A stretch of 64,000 nt of DNA, taken from contig JAIPEW010000009.1 in assembly GCA_021736985.1 (NCBI GenBank), positions 11,560 to 75,559 of the forward strand. The letters run 5' to 3'. A program made the translations under genes and the position numbers. Below are positions 45,833 to 54,660 of the stretch, piece by piece; within the stretch, counting starts at the first letter, position 1; every line of letters starts with the position of its first letter. A model generated the notes under the pieces. The model ran no database searches and was not told the DNA's origin. It was given only the letters and a program-made list of their open reading frames with translations. Source of the DNA: Clostridiales bacterium. GTDB taxonomy: Bacteria; Bacillota; Desulfotomaculia; Desulfotomaculales; VENG01.

Positions 45833-45997
45833 CTAACGCTCATGGGGTCCTTTATACATATCCATTAAGCCATACATAACACTGGCCATGCCCAGTCCTG
45901 TTAGGCCCCAGCCTACCAGTGGTTTTCTTTCGCGCATAGCCATGCCCGTTCCGGATTCAATGGTCCCAAGAACGGTCATTAAAGAACCGTTTCTCAA
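45833..45997 (-). CDS. unannotated small membrane protein (54 aa; shorter if ATG 45979 is used)
   Basis: G-rich SD, then TTG. Translation is ...MTVLGTIESGTGMAMRERKPLVGWGLTGLGMASVMYGLMDMYKGPHER*. Followed by hairpin GGGAGGG-GTATC-CCTCCC (45807-45828). Confidence 0.4.
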   Translation of the reverse strand: MRNGSLMTVLGTIESGTGMAMRERKPLVGWGLTGLGMASVMYGLMDMYKGPHER

Positions 45998-46147
45998 AAT
46001 AAATCCCCCCTTGGTTAGAGTTATATATTATTTTAACCACAGTAATAATCTTTATGTCTTATAATTTTATTATATTGTTATAAATAAAATAGTATAATAA
46101 GCTGTAATTTAGTTATGTTTTCAGTTGATAGCAGGGGAGGTCTAAAA

Positions 46148-46429
46148 TTGGTAGTAGGAGTTTTGACCATAGAAATTCATATGGGTATGGAAAATTCACT
46201 GAAAGGTAAAAGAAGGATTTTAAAAAGCCTGATAGATAGGTTAAAATCAAAATTTAATGTATCTGTCTCAGAAGTTGATAAACAGGATTTTTGGCAGGTA
46301 GCTGTTTTAGGTGTTTCTACGGTAAGCAATGAATCTGCCCATGCTCACAAAATGATGTCAAAAGTAATAAACTTCATAGAAATGCAAGGAGAAATTGAAT
46401 TAATTGATTATACAACAGAATTGCTGTAA
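46148..46429 (+). CDS. DUF503 (YlxP-like) protein
   Basis: VVGVLTIEIHMGMENSLKGKRRILKSLIDRLKSKFNVSVSEVD is the typical DUF503 start. TTG 46148 lies after GGGGAGG. Confidence 0.7.
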   Translation: MVVGVLTIEIHMGMENSLKGKRRILKSLIDRLKSKFNVSVSEVDKQDFWQVAVLGVSTVSNESAHAHKMMSKVINFIEMQGEIELIDYTTELL

Positions 46430-46443
46430 AAAGCCGGGTTTAT

Positions 46444-46710
46444 TTACCCGGCTTTTATCAGTTCAAGAAAATTATTTCCCAGCGGTGTAAGGCTGCATAT
46501 TTTACTTTTACCCTCAGTTTCAATTTCTACAAAGCCAAGAGCATAGAGCTGCATTACAATGTGATCTAGCACAGCCCTTTTTACTTTTGCAGTAAGGGAT
46601 AGTCCTTCTTTATTCATACTCCCTTTGCCTTCCAGAGAACTCATTACTCTGATTGCTTCTTCAGGAAGACGGTCACATGCCTTTATAAAATATTCGTTTA
46701 ATGTCAGCAC
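46444..46710 (-). CDS. small (88 aa) putative winged-helix protein
   Basis: ORF only. A C-terminal wing-like segment (YALGFVEIETEGKSKICSLTPLG). Confidence 0.4.
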   Translation of the reverse strand: MLTLNEYFIKACDRLPEEAIRVMSSLEGKGSMNKEGLSLTAKVKRAVLDHIVMQLYALGFVEIETEGKSKICSLTPLGNNFLELIKAG

Positions 46711-46831
46711 TTATACTTTCAACCCCTTGTTTATTTTTTTGTTTATTATAATAGTATTAACTTGTTTTCTTTAATTAATAAGCTGTAAGGCCAATAATAT
46801 TGTTGTTAATTAAAGGAATATCAAAAAAATA

Positions 46832-46885
46832 TTGACGCGGAACATATGTGTGGTACAATTGAAGAAATTGCCGAACAACAGTTTT
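46832..46885 (+). promoter_or_regulatory. sigma-A-type promoter with two LexA(Cheo)-like boxes
   Basis: TTGACG-CGGAACATATGTGTGG-TACAAT, then CGAACAACAGTTTT 13 nt downstream. Same layout as 8952-9000. Confidence 0.5.
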
Positions 46886-46923
46886 GGGAACGTCTTTTCT
46901 GTTATTTAAGGGGGGGGGATTAC

Positions 46924-47121
46924 GTGCAGTTATCGGCCGGGTATAGGAAAAGATGTGAGATTAATGTTGAAAGCCAGCATGTGGTTGAGCGTGATATAAT
47001 TGATTGCCTTGAATCGTGGTTGGAAAGTAAGGATACAAATATAGAAATTAGCGTAGGATATGGGATCTGTTTTGGTGCATTTGCTTTTTTGATGGCACAT
47101 ATTGTACTAGCTTTGTTTTAA
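46924..47121 (+). CDS. small (65 aa) protein with C-terminal hydrophobic anchor; re-annotated start
   Basis: The track start, ATG 46846, lies inside the predicted promoter spacer. GTG 46924 follows a G9 SD-like run. C-terminus GICFGAFAFLMAHIVLALF. Confidence 0.45.
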   Translation: MQLSAGYRKRCEINVESQHVVERDIIDCLESWLESKDTNIEISVGYGICFGAFAFLMAHIVLALF

Positions 47122-47248
47122 CATAAACTGGTTATAGAAAATATACTTTAATTTGAATTGGTAATGTAAAAAGAGGAGAGCAATATCTCCTTTTTTTTGT
47201 TTTTATATGTATAAATTTGTAATTTATACATATATTTTTATAAATCTC

Positions 47249-47277
47249 TTGCAGTATTGCAAATAAACTGTTACAAT
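47249..47277 (+). promoter_or_regulatory. candidate sigma-A promoter for tig
   Basis: TTGCAG-N17-TACAAT, about 185 nt upstream of the tig ATG. Confidence 0.35.
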
Positions 47278-47464
47278 GAGGTTTTGATTAACAAGGCTAT
47301 TTTTACCAAGGTATGGTGATTTGAAGTAGTGGATAATATTTAAATGAAATACTTTTTTAAAAATTTATCTGGAGGAAATATCCATATGCTGTAGAATTGA
47401 TAGTCATTAATGAATATTTATATATATAAGAATAATTACATATTGTAAAGGGGAGACATTAAAA

Positions 47465-48775
47465 ATGAAAGCAACAGCAGAAAGAATAGAAAAAAATACT
47501 GTGGAGTTGGAAGTAGAAGTTGATGTAGAAGCGTTTGAAGAAGGAGTAGAGAAAGCTTGTAAAAAGTTGATTAAGAAAGTGAACATACCTGGTTTTAGAC
47601 GGGGTAAAGCACCTCGCAGAGTTTTAGAGAATTATGTTGGAAAATCTGCTATACATAATGAAGCTGTAGAAGAAGTGATACCAAATGCATACATGGAAGC
47701 CTTAGAAGAGACAGGTGTTGAACCTGTGGCTCAGCCTGAAGTTGAGCTGCTGCAAGTAGAAGAAGGAGAGCCACTTAAATTTAAAGCTACTGTCAAGGTA
47801 AAACCTGAACCAAAACTCGGCCAGTATGAAGGGATAGAAATGACTAAAGTGCCTGCGGAGGTTGCAGATGAAGATATACAGAAGGAATTAGAAAACCTTC
47901 GTGATAAGCATGCGCAGCTTGTTAATCTTGAAGAAGGCAGTGTGCAGCAGGGAGATGTAGCTAATATAGATTTTACCGGTCGTATAAACGGAGAGGCATT
48001 TGAAGGTGGAAGTGCAGAGGACTATTCTCTTGAAGTTGGGTCTGGCACGTTTATTCCCGGTTTTGAAGAACAAATAGAAGGTATGCTGGTAGGAGAGACA
48101 AAAGAAGTTTCTGTTACTTTCCCCGATGATTACAGCAACCAGGAATTTGCAGGAAAAGGGGCGGATTTTACAGTAATTGTCAAGTCGATAAAGCGAAAAG
48201 AGTTAGCTCCTCTGGATGATGAATTTGCTAAGGATGTAAGTGAGTTTGATACCTTGGAGGAATTAAAGGAAGATCTGTTGAATAGTTTAAAACAATCAGC
48301 AGAAGCAAAGGCTAAAGAAAAGATGCAGTCAGATTTAATATCCAAGGTAGTAGATAATTGTGAAGCTGATGTCCCGGAGGAAATGGTAGACAGCAAGGTT
48401 GAAGAAATGGTTAAAGATATGGAACGGCGTCTTATGTCCCAGGGGCTGTCCATGGACAATTATTTAAAATATACTAATTCTACCATGGATGATATGAAAC
48501 AGAACTTGCGTCCAGAAGCTGAGAAATCAGAAAAAACATCACTTGTTCTAGATGCGATTGCTAAAGAACAAAAAATAGAAGTTACAGATGATGATGTAGA
48601 GGAAAAAATTAAAGAAATGTCGCAGCAGTACCAGCAGGAACCTGATGTAATTCGAAAAATTATTGAAGGGCAAAATCAATTGGATACTTTCAAAGAAAGT
48701 GTGTGCAGGGAAAAAGCTGTAGAGTATTTAATGTCTAAAGCAAATATTATTGAAGGCACAACTGAAACAGAGTAA
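47465..48775 (+). CDS. tig: trigger factor
   Basis: IPGFRRGKAPRRVLE ribosome-binding signature, central FKBP domain, conserved tig-clpP-clpX order. Confidence 0.95.
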   Translation: MKATAERIEKNTVELEVEVDVEAFEEGVEKACKKLIKKVNIPGFRRGKAPRRVLENYVGKSAIHNEAVEEVIPNAYMEALEETGVEPVAQPEVELLQVEEGEPLKFKATVKVKPEPKLGQYEGIEMTKVPAEVADEDIQKELENLRDKHAQLVNLEEGSVQQGDVANIDFTGRINGEAFEGGSAEDYSLEVGSGTFIPGFEEQIEGMLVGETKEVSVTFPDDYSNQEFAGKGADFTVIVKSIKRKELAPLDDEFAKDVSEFDTLEELKEDLLNSLKQSAEAKAKEKMQSDLISKVVDNCEADVPEEMVDSKVEEMVKDMERRLMSQGLSMDNYLKYTNSTMDDMKQNLRPEAEKSEKTSLVLDAIAKEQKIEVTDDDVEEKIKEMSQQYQQEPDVIRKIIEGQNQLDTFKESVCREKAVEYLMSKANIIEGTTETE

Positions 48776-48807
48776 TAATAATTTATATTTAAAAGGGGGA
48801 AAAGTAT

Positions 48808-49401
48808 ATGTCAAACCTTGTACCAATTGTAGTTGAACAAAACAACAGGGGAGAACGTGCCTATGATATATATTCCAGATTATTAAAAGACAGGATTATT
48901 TTTATTGGCAGTCCTATTGATGATACTGTTGCCAATTTAGTTATTGCACAGTTATTATTTCTAGAAGCAGAAGATCCTGACAAAGATGTACATCTCTATA
49001 TTAATTCTCCCGGGGGTATAGTAACTGCCGGAATGGCTATATATGATACCATGCAGTATGTAAGATGTCCGGTTTCAACTATATGTCTTGGGCAGGCTGC
49101 CAGCATGGGCTCATTCTTGTTAGCAGCGGGAGAAAAAGGAAAGAGGTTTGCCCTGCCTTATTCTCGAATTATGATACATCAGCCTTTAGGTGGTGTGCAG
49201 GGTCAGGCTACTGACATTGATATCCATGCCAAGGAAATATTACGCACAAAACAAACATTAAATGAAGTGTTGTCCAAGCATACAGGTCAACCGTATGAGA
49301 CTATTGCACAAGATACTGAGAGGGATTTCTTCATGTCCGCTGATGATGCTAAAAATTATGGTATTGTGGATGAGGTGTTCCATGCCCGTGAGCAAAGTTA
49401 A
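48808..49401 (+). CDS. clpP: ATP-dependent Clp protease proteolytic subunit
   Basis: [17 protein letters not shown]..., catalytic GQAASMG and IMIHQP. Confidence 0.95.
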   Translation: MSNLVPIVVEQNNRGERAYDIYSRLLKDRIIFIGSPIDDTVANLVIAQLLFLEAEDPDKDVHLYINSPGGIVTAGMAIYDTMQYVRCPVSTICLGQAASMGSFLLAAGEKGKRFALPYSRIMIHQPLGGVQGQATDIDIHAKEILRTKQTLNEVLSKHTGQPYETIAQDTERDFFMSADDAKNYGIVDEVFHAREQS

Positions 49402-49415
49402 AAGAGGTGGATTTT

Positions 49416-50666
49416 ATGGCTAATGAAAAAAGTCAATTAAAGTGTTCTTTTTGTGGGAAGTTGCAGGATCAGGTGAAAAAATTAGTTGCAGGACCAGGTG
49501 TGTATATCTGTGATGAGTGTATTGAATTATGTAATGAAATTATTGAGGAAGAACTTGGCGAAGATACTGGCCTAGATATTGGCGATATTCCTAAGCCTTC
49601 AGAGATAAAAGATATATTAGACCAGTACGTTGTGGGGCAGGATTCAGCAAAGAAATCACTGGCAGTTGCAGTTTATAACCACTATAAGCGTGTAAATATG
49701 GGTAGTAAAATAGATGATGTAGAACTCCAAAAGAGTAACATCGTTATGATGGGACCAACGGGATGTGGTAAAACCCTGTTAGCCCAGACACTGGCTAGAC
49801 TTTTAAATGTTCCGTTTGCCATTGCAGATGCTACTACACTTACCGAGGCTGGTTATGTAGGCGAAGATGTGGAGAATATATTATTAAAGCTTATACAATC
49901 TGCAGACTATGATGTGGAAAAAGCTGAAAAAGGCATAATCTATATCGATGAAGTTGATAAGGTGGCTAGAAAGTCTGAAAATCCCTCAATAACCAGGGAT
50001 GTGTCGGGCGAAGGTGTTCAGCAGGCACTTTTGAAAATACTGGAAGGCACAACTGCCAGTGTTCCACCGCAAGGCGGCAGAAAGCACCCGCATCAGGAGT
50101 TTATACAGCTTGATACTACAAATATATTGTTTATCTGTGGCGGTGCCTTTGACGGTGTAGAAAAAATAATAGAAAACCGTACTGGTAAGAAAGCTATGGG
50201 CTTTGGGGCTGAAATTAAACCCAAGCAGGAGCAAAATATAGGTGAAATACTGAGCCATGTACTTCCGGAAGACCTGTTAAAATATGGTCTCATACCGGAA
50301 TTTGTCGGGCGTTTACCTATTATTGTGACTATTGATGCTTTAGATGAAGAAGCCTTAATCCAAATCCTTACAGAACCCAGGAATGCTCTCGTTAAACAAT
50401 ATAAAAAGTTTTTTGAACTTGATAATGTTAATCTGGAATTTCAACATGATGCACTTCTGGCTATTTCACAAGAGGCAATGCGCCGGAATACCGGAGCACG
50501 TGGGTTGCGTGCAATATTAGAGGAAATTATGCTTGAAATTATGTATGATATACCTGCCCGTGATGACATTTCTAAGGTAGTTATTACCAGGGATACAATT
50601 GAAGAAAAGGATAAACCACTGGTGATTACCATGGATAATAAGAATAAGCAAGAAGAATCAGCATAA
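49416..50666 (+). CDS. clpX: ATP-dependent Clp protease ATP-binding subunit ClpX
   Basis: Zinc finger CSFCGK...CDEC, Walker [17 protein letters not shown]. Confidence 0.95.
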   Translation: MANEKSQLKCSFCGKLQDQVKKLVAGPGVYICDECIELCNEIIEEELGEDTGLDIGDIPKPSEIKDILDQYVVGQDSAKKSLAVAVYNHYKRVNMGSKIDDVELQKSNIVMMGPTGCGKTLLAQTLARLLNVPFAIADATTLTEAGYVGEDVENILLKLIQSADYDVEKAEKGIIYIDEVDKVARKSENPSITRDVSGEGVQQALLKILEGTTASVPPQGGRKHPHQEFIQLDTTNILFICGGAFDGVEKIIENRTGKKAMGFGAEIKPKQEQNIGEILSHVLPEDLLKYGLIPEFVGRLPIIVTIDALDEEALIQILTEPRNALVKQYKKFFELDNVNLEFQHDALLAISQEAMRRNTGARGLRAILEEIMLEIMYDIPARDDISKVVITRDTIEEKDKPLVITMDNKNKQEESA

Positions 50667-50732
50667 GAGGCCTCGCTTAGTGCGAGGCTCCCTTGTATTT
50701 ATCTGGACAAGTCATTTAAAACTTAATATATT

Positions 50733-50895
50733 GCTATCCAGGTGCCCTGCAGATACAGGGAAAAAGGGAATCAGGTTAAAATCCTGGACGGTCTGGCCAC
50801 TGTGAATAGTTAGCCTCTTTCATATAAGCCACTGTTTTGATCAGGAATGCGAAAGATGGCGATAATCTATGAGTCAGGAAACTTGCCTGGATAGT
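50733..50895 (+). promoter_or_regulatory. cobalamin (B12) riboswitch
   Basis: Closing stem CTATCCAGG / CCTGGATAG. Conserved core AAAAGGGAATCAGGTTAAAATCCTGGACGGTCTGGCCACTGTGAA including the B12 box GCCACTG. Upstream of cobK. Confidence 0.85.
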
Positions 50896-51051
50896 GCACT
50901 GTATGCCTCCCGAGAAGAGGGTTAGTGCAAATTTAACATTAAATTTGATACCTCTGTCCCTATATGGAGCAGGGGTTTTCTGTATTTACATAAAAAATTA
51001 AAATGAGTGAAGGCCCTAAAGCCGGGGTTAAATATTAGGCAGGTGAGCAGT

Positions 51052-51810
51052 TTGATTTGGGTTTTAGGAGGTACTAGCGACGGTCGAAAACTCGTTCGTG
51101 AATTAGTAAAAAGAGATCAAAGAGTTGGTGTAGTTGTCTTTAGTTCGTATGGAAAGGAACTGGTACACGATGACGGTGCATATGAAGTGGAGCAAGTATC
51201 TACTGATATGCTTGTTGACTGGTTATATAGTAAAAAAATAAAAATATTAGTGGATGGTCGGCACCCGTCTTCTGTATATAATGAAAAAGAAGATAAATTA
51301 TTACAGGCCTGCAGTACGTTAAGTATTGTTTTCTATCGCATAGGTCGTGAAGAAACTGTACTTGATAATTATCATAATGTTTATAAGGTTTTCTCCATGG
51401 AGCAGGCTGCTCAAAAGGTAGTTTTATTAGGTAAGACCATTTTTCTGACTACGGGAAGCAACCAGCTGGAAACTTTTTTAAGTTATAAGGAAAAGTATAA
51501 TTTACGCCTGGTAGTCAGGGTTTTGCCTGAACACAAAGTGATAAAGAAATGTCAAGATATGGGGATCAGGCCCAAAGATATTGTTGCCATGCAAGGGCCT
51601 TTTTCAAAACAGGTAAACAGGGCACTGTTTAAAATGTACCGGGTGTCAGTAGTTGTTACGAAAGATAGCGGTAAAGCAGGGGGAACTGATGCAAAGCTGG
51701 CAGTAGCTAAGGACTTAGGTATACCTGTTGTTATGGTAGTATACCAGTGCAATGGTAAGTCAATGAAGTGGCAGGAAATATTGAATTTATTGACCTGTTA
51801 TCTACAATAA
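51052..51810 (+). CDS. cobK: precorrin-6A/cobalt-precorrin-6A reductase
   Basis: IWVLGGTSDGRKL start typical of CobK/CbiJ. C-terminal VVTKDSGKAGGTDAKL. TTG 51052 lies after AGGTGAG; the track start is GTG 51007. Confidence 0.8.
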   Translation: MIWVLGGTSDGRKLVRELVKRDQRVGVVVFSSYGKELVHDDGAYEVEQVSTDMLVDWLYSKKIKILVDGRHPSSVYNEKEDKLLQACSTLSIVFYRIGREETVLDNYHNVYKVFSMEQAAQKVVLLGKTIFLTTGSNQLETFLSYKEKYNLRLVVRVLPEHKVIKKCQDMGIRPKDIVAMQGPFSKQVNRALFKMYRVSVVVTKDSGKAGGTDAKLAVAKDLGIPVVMVVYQCNGKSMKWQEILNLLTCYLQ

Positions 51811-51828
51811 AATATTATAGATATAAGA

Positions 51829-51855
51829 GAGCCCGGTTTTTTCACAGCCGGGCTC
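51829..51855. terminator. bidirectional terminator between cobK and satP
   Basis: Stem GAGCCCGG / CCGGGCTC. Confidence 0.65.
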
Positions 51856-51868
51856 ATTCATTTATTAA

Positions 51869-52468
51869 TTATTTATGCTTCTGGCCAATAGGTAGAACAG
51901 TTTTTTTATAAACTGAATTTAAAATTCCTGCTGCTGATGCATACCAGGCAGCCAGTGCAGTAGCAATTCCTGCATAGCCACCGCAGGTGTGTGCAAATGA
52001 TACATTCATTGTTCCAATATCTAAAAGTATAAATGTTAGAAGCAGGAGGGTAAAAACCGCAACAAGCGCGTTATTAAGGGCAAAACTACCTATCCACATG
52101 TAAGCAGTGAAAATAGTCCAGGAAATTAAGAACAACCCGGTTGCAAAACTAGAAGCTTCAATAAATCCCCACTCGGCAAAAAGTAAATATAATGCAAAAG
52201 AAATCCAAAAAGCACCAAAAGAGCTAAAAGCTGTACAACCGAAAACATTATTTTTTTTGAATTCCCATAATCCTGCAAGTATTTGTACTGCCCCACCATA
52301 TACCAGTGCCGGGGCAATAATCATACCTTCAACTTTACCAGGGACAAGACCAGTATTCACAACGCTCAGGCAGAATGTTGTTAAGGCAAAAGCAGCCAGG
52401 CCTAGCGGACCGGGGTCGGATATAGCGCTGTTTTCATTTATATTATAAACTTTAGCGCTTTCGCTCAT
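51869..52468 (-). CDS. satP: acetate/succinate uptake channel, GPR1/FUN34/YaaH (SatP) family
   Basis: DPGPLGLAAFALTTF..., six TM helices. ATG 52468 lies after AAGGGGGGA. Confidence 0.8.
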   Translation of the reverse strand: MSESAKVYNINENSAISDPGPLGLAAFALTTFCLSVVNTGLVPGKVEGMIIAPALVYGGAVQILAGLWEFKKNNVFGCTAFSSFGAFWISFALYLLFAEWGFIEASSFATGLFLISWTIFTAYMWIGSFALNNALVAVFTLLLLTFILLDIGTMNVSFAHTCGGYAGIATALAAWYASAAGILNSVYKKTVLPIGQKHK

Positions 52469-52745
52469 AATTTTCCCCCCTTTCACAAATTATTTTTGCG
52501 GCAGTATCACTATTGTGGCAATTTAAATACCCCCCCTTTTTTTTAAAAAAGTATTATAATAACATTTTATGTAATAGAATCTTATTATTCAATCATAATT
52601 TTTAGAATTATCAAAATTTACAAAAAGTTTATAAATATTTTCACAATTTAGTATAGATATATTTATAAGAGGGATAAAATTTGAAAATGTTAGCAATAAT
52701 ATTAGGTAAGTTTATTTTTAAAAGGTAATATAAGGAGGGCTTATC

Positions 52746-54467
52746 ATGGGTGGTTTTTCCGGGGGGGTAGCCGGATTTATCACGTTTATCCAGGTTTTTT
52801 TTGCTGTTATAATAGGTTTATATTTTTGGAATTTACTTAAGACTCAGCAGAGTAACAAGTCTGCCGTGGAAAAAGAATCTCGGAAAGAGATGGAAAAATT
52901 ACAACGTATGAGGGCTATATCGTTGACTGAGCCTTTAGCAGAGAAAACACGGCCAACTAGTTTTGATGATATTATAGGTCAATCGGAAGGCCTTAAGGCT
53001 ATGCGTGCATCACTCTGCGGGCCCAACCCGCAACATGTAATAATATACGGGCCCCCGGGTGTTGGCAAAACAGCTGCTGCCAGACTGGTACTCGAAGAAG
53101 CTAAAAAAAATGAAAATTCTCCGTTTAAAAGTAATGCCAGGTTTGTAGAAGTTGATGCCAGTACAGCCCGGTTTGATGAGCGAGGTATTGCTGATCCCTT
53201 GATAGGATCAGTACATGATCCTATTTACCAGGGCGCTGGAGCCATGGGAATGGCGGGGATCCCGCAGCCTAAGTCCGGTGCAGTTACAAAAGCCCATGGT
53301 GGGATGCTCTTCATTGATGAAATAGGAGAACTTCACCCTTTGCAAATAAATAAATTATTAAAGATATTGGAAGACAGGAAGGTTATACTGGAAAGTGCTT
53401 ACTATAGTTCTGAAGATACAAATATTCCAGGGCATATTCATGATATCTTTCAAAATGGTTTGCCGGCAGATTTTCGTTTAGTTGGGGCTACTACTAAGAC
53501 GCCCGAAGATATTCCTCCTGCTGTAAGATCTCGCTGCCTGGAAATTTTCTTCCGGCCTTTATTGCCGGAAGAAGTAGAAGTAATAGGACATAGGGCAGCG
53601 AAGAAAATTGGATTTCCCCTGGAAGACCAGGGGCTAAAATTGCTTACCAGGTACGCTAATAACGGGCGTGATGCAGTTAATATAATACAGATTGCCTGTG
53701 GTATTTCATTAACAGAAGGAAAAAATAAAATTGCAACCAGGGATATAGAATGGGTAATTCACAGCGGGCAGTATGCGCCCCGCCATGATAAAAAAATACC
53801 TGCCAGGCCTGCTGTAGGTCTTGTTAATGGTCTGGCAGTTTATGGTCCTAACAGCGGAGCACTTTTGGAAATAGAAGTAGGTGCAATACAAGCTGAACGC
53901 GGAAAAGGGAAGTTAATAGTTACCGGGGTAGTGGAAGAAGAGGAAATAGGCAGTAAGGCTAAAACTTTTAGGCGCAAAAGTATGGTCCGCGGGTCAGTGG
54001 AAAATGTACTTACCGTTTTGCGCAGAGTCATGAATGTTGATCCCAGGGATTATGACCTGCACGTAAATTTCCCCGGCGGTATTCCCGTAGATGGGCCTTC
54101 GGCAGGAATTGCAGTTGCAACAGCTGTTTATTCTGCTATTATCGGTATCCCGGTGGATAACAAAGTTGCTATGACTGGTGAAGTTTCTATCAGGGGATTA
54201 GTTATGCCCGTAGGGGGTGTAGTTTCCAAGGTAGAAGCAGCCCGTCATGCCGGTGCGAATAAAGTCTTTATACCTAAAGATAATAATCAATCTATACTGG
54301 AAAATGTTGAAGGTGTGGAAGTAATCCCCTCTGAGAAGCTGGAAGATGTAATTAAAGATTCTTTATTATCTTATCCGGTTAGTAAAACCAGTGATGTGCA
54401 GCCGGCGTTGGAAATTCTAGATAATCATAAGATTGTTTCTCCTTCACTGTTTCCTGGAGAAGCTTAA
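52746..54467 (+). CDS. lonB: ATP-dependent protease LonB (membrane-anchored, sporulation-type)
   Basis: N-terminal TM, AAA+ GPPGVGKT, C-terminal Lon protease domain (DGPSAGIAVATAVYSA). Positioned between clpX and lon as in Bacillus. Confidence 0.85.
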   Translation: MGGFSGGVAGFITFIQVFFAVIIGLYFWNLLKTQQSNKSAVEKESRKEMEKLQRMRAISLTEPLAEKTRPTSFDDIIGQSEGLKAMRASLCGPNPQHVIIYGPPGVGKTAAARLVLEEAKKNENSPFKSNARFVEVDASTARFDERGIADPLIGSVHDPIYQGAGAMGMAGIPQPKSGAVTKAHGGMLFIDEIGELHPLQINKLLKILEDRKVILESAYYSSEDTNIPGHIHDIFQNGLPADFRLVGATTKTPEDIPPAVRSRCLEIFFRPLLPEEVEVIGHRAAKKIGFPLEDQGLKLLTRYANNGRDAVNIIQIACGISLTEGKNKIATRDIEWVIHSGQYAPRHDKKIPARPAVGLVNGLAVYGPNSGALLEIEVGAIQAERGKGKLIVTGVVEEEEIGSKAKTFRRKSMVRGSVENVLTVLRRVMNVDPRDYDLHVNFPGGIPVDGPSAGIAVATAVYSAIIGIPVDNKVAMTGEVSIRGLVMPVGGVVSKVEAARHAGANKVFIPKDNNQSILENVEGVEVIPSEKLEDVIKDSLLSYPVSKTSDVQPALEILDNHKIVSPSLFPGEA

Positions 54468-54517
54468 TATCAATGTTTTATCAATGAAAAAATTAGAAAA
54501 ATTTTTTATGATTGCAT

Positions 54518-54543
54518 ATATACCCGGCTTAAGCCGGGTATAT
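54518..54543 (+). terminator. terminator hairpin after lonB
   Basis: Perfect palindrome ATATACCCGGCTT / AAGCCGGGTATAT followed by TTTTAT. Confidence 0.65.
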
Positions 54544-54660
54544 TTTATCCCTGGCACTTATTGTTATAGCCCTGCTATTGTTTTGTATGGTAGAATTGTA
54601 TATAAATCTGCCCTAAGCAAAATCAGCCATAGCGAATGTGATTTATAAGGAGGTGCATCG

